Shown here piece after piece: positions 46,711 through 48,825 of a stretch of 48,825 bases of DNA (position 1 is the stretch's first letter; each line of letters opens with the position of its first letter). The DNA comes from Octopus bimaculoides. Its lineage: Eukaryota. Both the position numbers and the translations under genes were made by a program. The stretch is taken from the NCBI RefSeq assembly GCF_001194135.2, contig NC_068984.1, positions 39,794,427 through 39,843,251 of the forward strand, read 5' to 3'. The notes under the pieces were generated by a model that saw nothing but the letters and a program-made list of their open reading frames with translations, was not told the DNA's origin and made no database searches.

Positions 46711-48825
46711 GTACGTGCAAAGGGAGGCCGAACGGACGCACGTACGTTCGAATTCCGCTCGAACGGACGTACGTGCAGAGGGAGGCCGAACGGCCGCACG
46801 TACGTTCGAATTCCGCTCGAACGAACGGACGTACAGAGGGAGGCCGAACGGACGCACGTACGTTGGAATTCCGCTCGAACGGATATGCGTGCAGAAGGAG
46901 GCCGAACGGACGCACATACGTTCGAATTCGGATCGAACGGACGTACGTGCAGAGGGAGGCCGAACGGACGGACGTTCGTTNNNNNNNNNNNNNNNNNNNN
47001 NNNNNNNNNNNNNNNNNNNNNNNNNNNNNNNNNNNNNNNNNNNNNNNNNNNNNNNNNNNNNNNNNNNNNNNNNNNNNNNNNNNNNNNNNNNNNNNNNNNN
47101 NNNNNNNNNNNNNNNNNNNNNNNNNNNNNNNNNNNNNNNNNNNNNNNNNNNNNNNNNNNNNNNNNNNNNNNNNNNNNNNNNNNNNNNNNNNNNNNNNNNN
47201 NNNNNNNNNNNNNNNNNNNNNNNNNNNNNNNNNNNNNNNNNNNNNNNNNNNNNNNNNNNNNNNNNNNNNNNNNNNNNNNNNNNNNNNNNNNNNNNNNNNN
47301 NNNNNNNNNNNNNNNNNNNNNNNNNNNNNNNNNNNNNNNNNNNNNNNNNNNNNNNNNNNNNNNNNNNNNNNNNNNNNNNNNNNNNNNNNNNNNNNNCGTG
47401 CAAAGGGAGGCCGAACGGACGCACGTACGTTCGAATTCCGCTCGAACGGACGTACGTGCAGAGGGAGGCCGAACGGCCGCACGTACGTTCGAATTCCGCT
47501 CGAACGAACGGACGTACAGAGGGAGGCCGAACGGACGCACGTACGTTGGAATTCCGCTCGAACGGATATGCGTGCAGAAGGAGGCCGAACGGACGCACAT
47601 ACGTTCGAATTCGGATCGAACGGACGTACGTGCAGAGGGAGGCCGAACGGACGGACGTTCGTTCGAATTCGGATCGAAAGGACGTACGTGCAGAGGGAGG
47701 CCGAACGGATGCGCGTACGTTCGAATTACGCTCGAACGGACGTACATGGAGAGGGAGGACGAACGGACGCACGTAAGTTCGAATTCCACACGAACGGAAG
47801 TACGAGCAGAGGAAGGCCTAACGGACGAACGTACGTTCGAATTCCGCAAGAACTGTCGTGCGTGCAGAAGGAGTGCGAACAAACGAATGTACGTCCGAAT
47901 TTCTCTATAACGAACGTACGTGTAGAAGGAGGCCGAACGGACGTACGTGCAGAGGGAGGCCGAACGGTCGAACGTACGTTTGAATTCCGCTCGAATGGAC
48001 GTACGTGCAGAGTGAGGCCGAACGGACGCACGTACGTTCGAATTCCGCTCGAACGNNNNNNNNNNGAGGCCGAACGGTCGAACGTACGTTTGAATTCCGC
48101 TCGAATGGACGTACGTGCAGAGTGAGGCCGAACGGACGCACGTACGTTCGAATTCCGCTCGAACGGACGAACGTGCGTCCGAATTCGGCTCGAACGGACG
48201 TAAGTGCAGAGGGAGGCCGAACGGACGCACGTACGTTCGAATTACGCTCGAACGGACGTACGTGTAGAGGGAGTCCGAACGGAAGCACGTACGTTCGAAT
48301 TCGGCTCGAATGGACATACGTGCAGAGGGAGGCCTAACGGACGCACGTACGTTCGAATTCAGCTAAAACGGACGTACGTGCAGCGGGAGGCCGAACGGAC
48401 GCACGTAAGTTCGAATACCGCTCGAACCGACGTACGTGCAGTTGCAGGTCGAACGCAAGCAACGTACGTTCGAATTCCACCCGAACGGACGTACGTGCAG
48501 AGGGAGGCCGAACGGATACAGGTACGTTTGAATTCCGCTGGAACGGACGTACGTGCAGAAAGAGGCCGAACAGACGCACGTATGTTCGAATTACGCTCGA
48601 ACGGACGTACGTGCAGAGAGAGGCCAAACAGACGCACGTACGTTCGAAATTCCGCTCGAACGGACGTACGTGCAGAGGGAAGCCGAACGGACGCACTTAC
48701 GTTCGAATTCCGCTCGAACGGACGTACCTACAGAATGAGGCCGAACGGACGCACATACGGTCGACTTCCGCTCGAACGGACGTACGTACAAAGGGAGACC
48801 AAACGGACGCACGTACGTTCGAATT
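46711..48825. repeat. 58-bp CpG-rich tandem satellite (GTACGTGCAGAGGGAGGCCGAACGGACGCACGTACGTTCGAATTCCGCTCGAACGGAC)n, running off the window end
   Basis: period 58 (46711 to 46769); 11 CpG per unit; gaps at 46981-47396 and 48056-48065. Confidence 0.97.

Noticed and set aside
46584-48812. Many long overlapping Arg-rich ORFs on both strands
   Set aside because: They arise from a stop-free 58-bp satellite plus N-gaps; no coding context
46711-48825. CRISPR-like appearance (palindromic repeats)
   Set aside because: No unique spacers, units are contiguous, no cas genes, animal genomic context

Overview
AT-rich, microsatellite- and retroposon-dense animal genomic DNA with six N-gaps. The repeat families look cephalopod (Octopus-like); this is an inference from recognised repeat motifs. 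The window holds the 3' part of one + strand gene, an R3HDM1/R3HDM2/ARPP21-family (Drosophila encore-like) RNA-binding protein. I reconstructed ten coding exons (9871-39731), all with AG/GT boundaries and consistent phases: 2433 nt = 810 aa + stop. The N-terminal R3H/SUZ exons are not visible and probably lie upstream of the window. Introns and flanks carry tRNA-derived SINEs, RTE, CR1 and R4/Dong LINE remnants and a hAT-type MITE. The window ends in a CpG-dense, stop-free, dyad-symmetric 58-bp satellite that interrupts an RTE remnant. Best leads: a ~435-nt intronic fold-back rich in A-C mismatches just upstream of a conserved exon (ADAR substrate candidate), the satellite, a frame-compensating alternative acceptor/exon-skipping pair before the C-terminal domain, candidate in-frame microexons, a perfect RFX X-box + E-box in an intron, and a fossil hammerhead ribozyme. 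I see no unambiguous novel system; these are testable leads.
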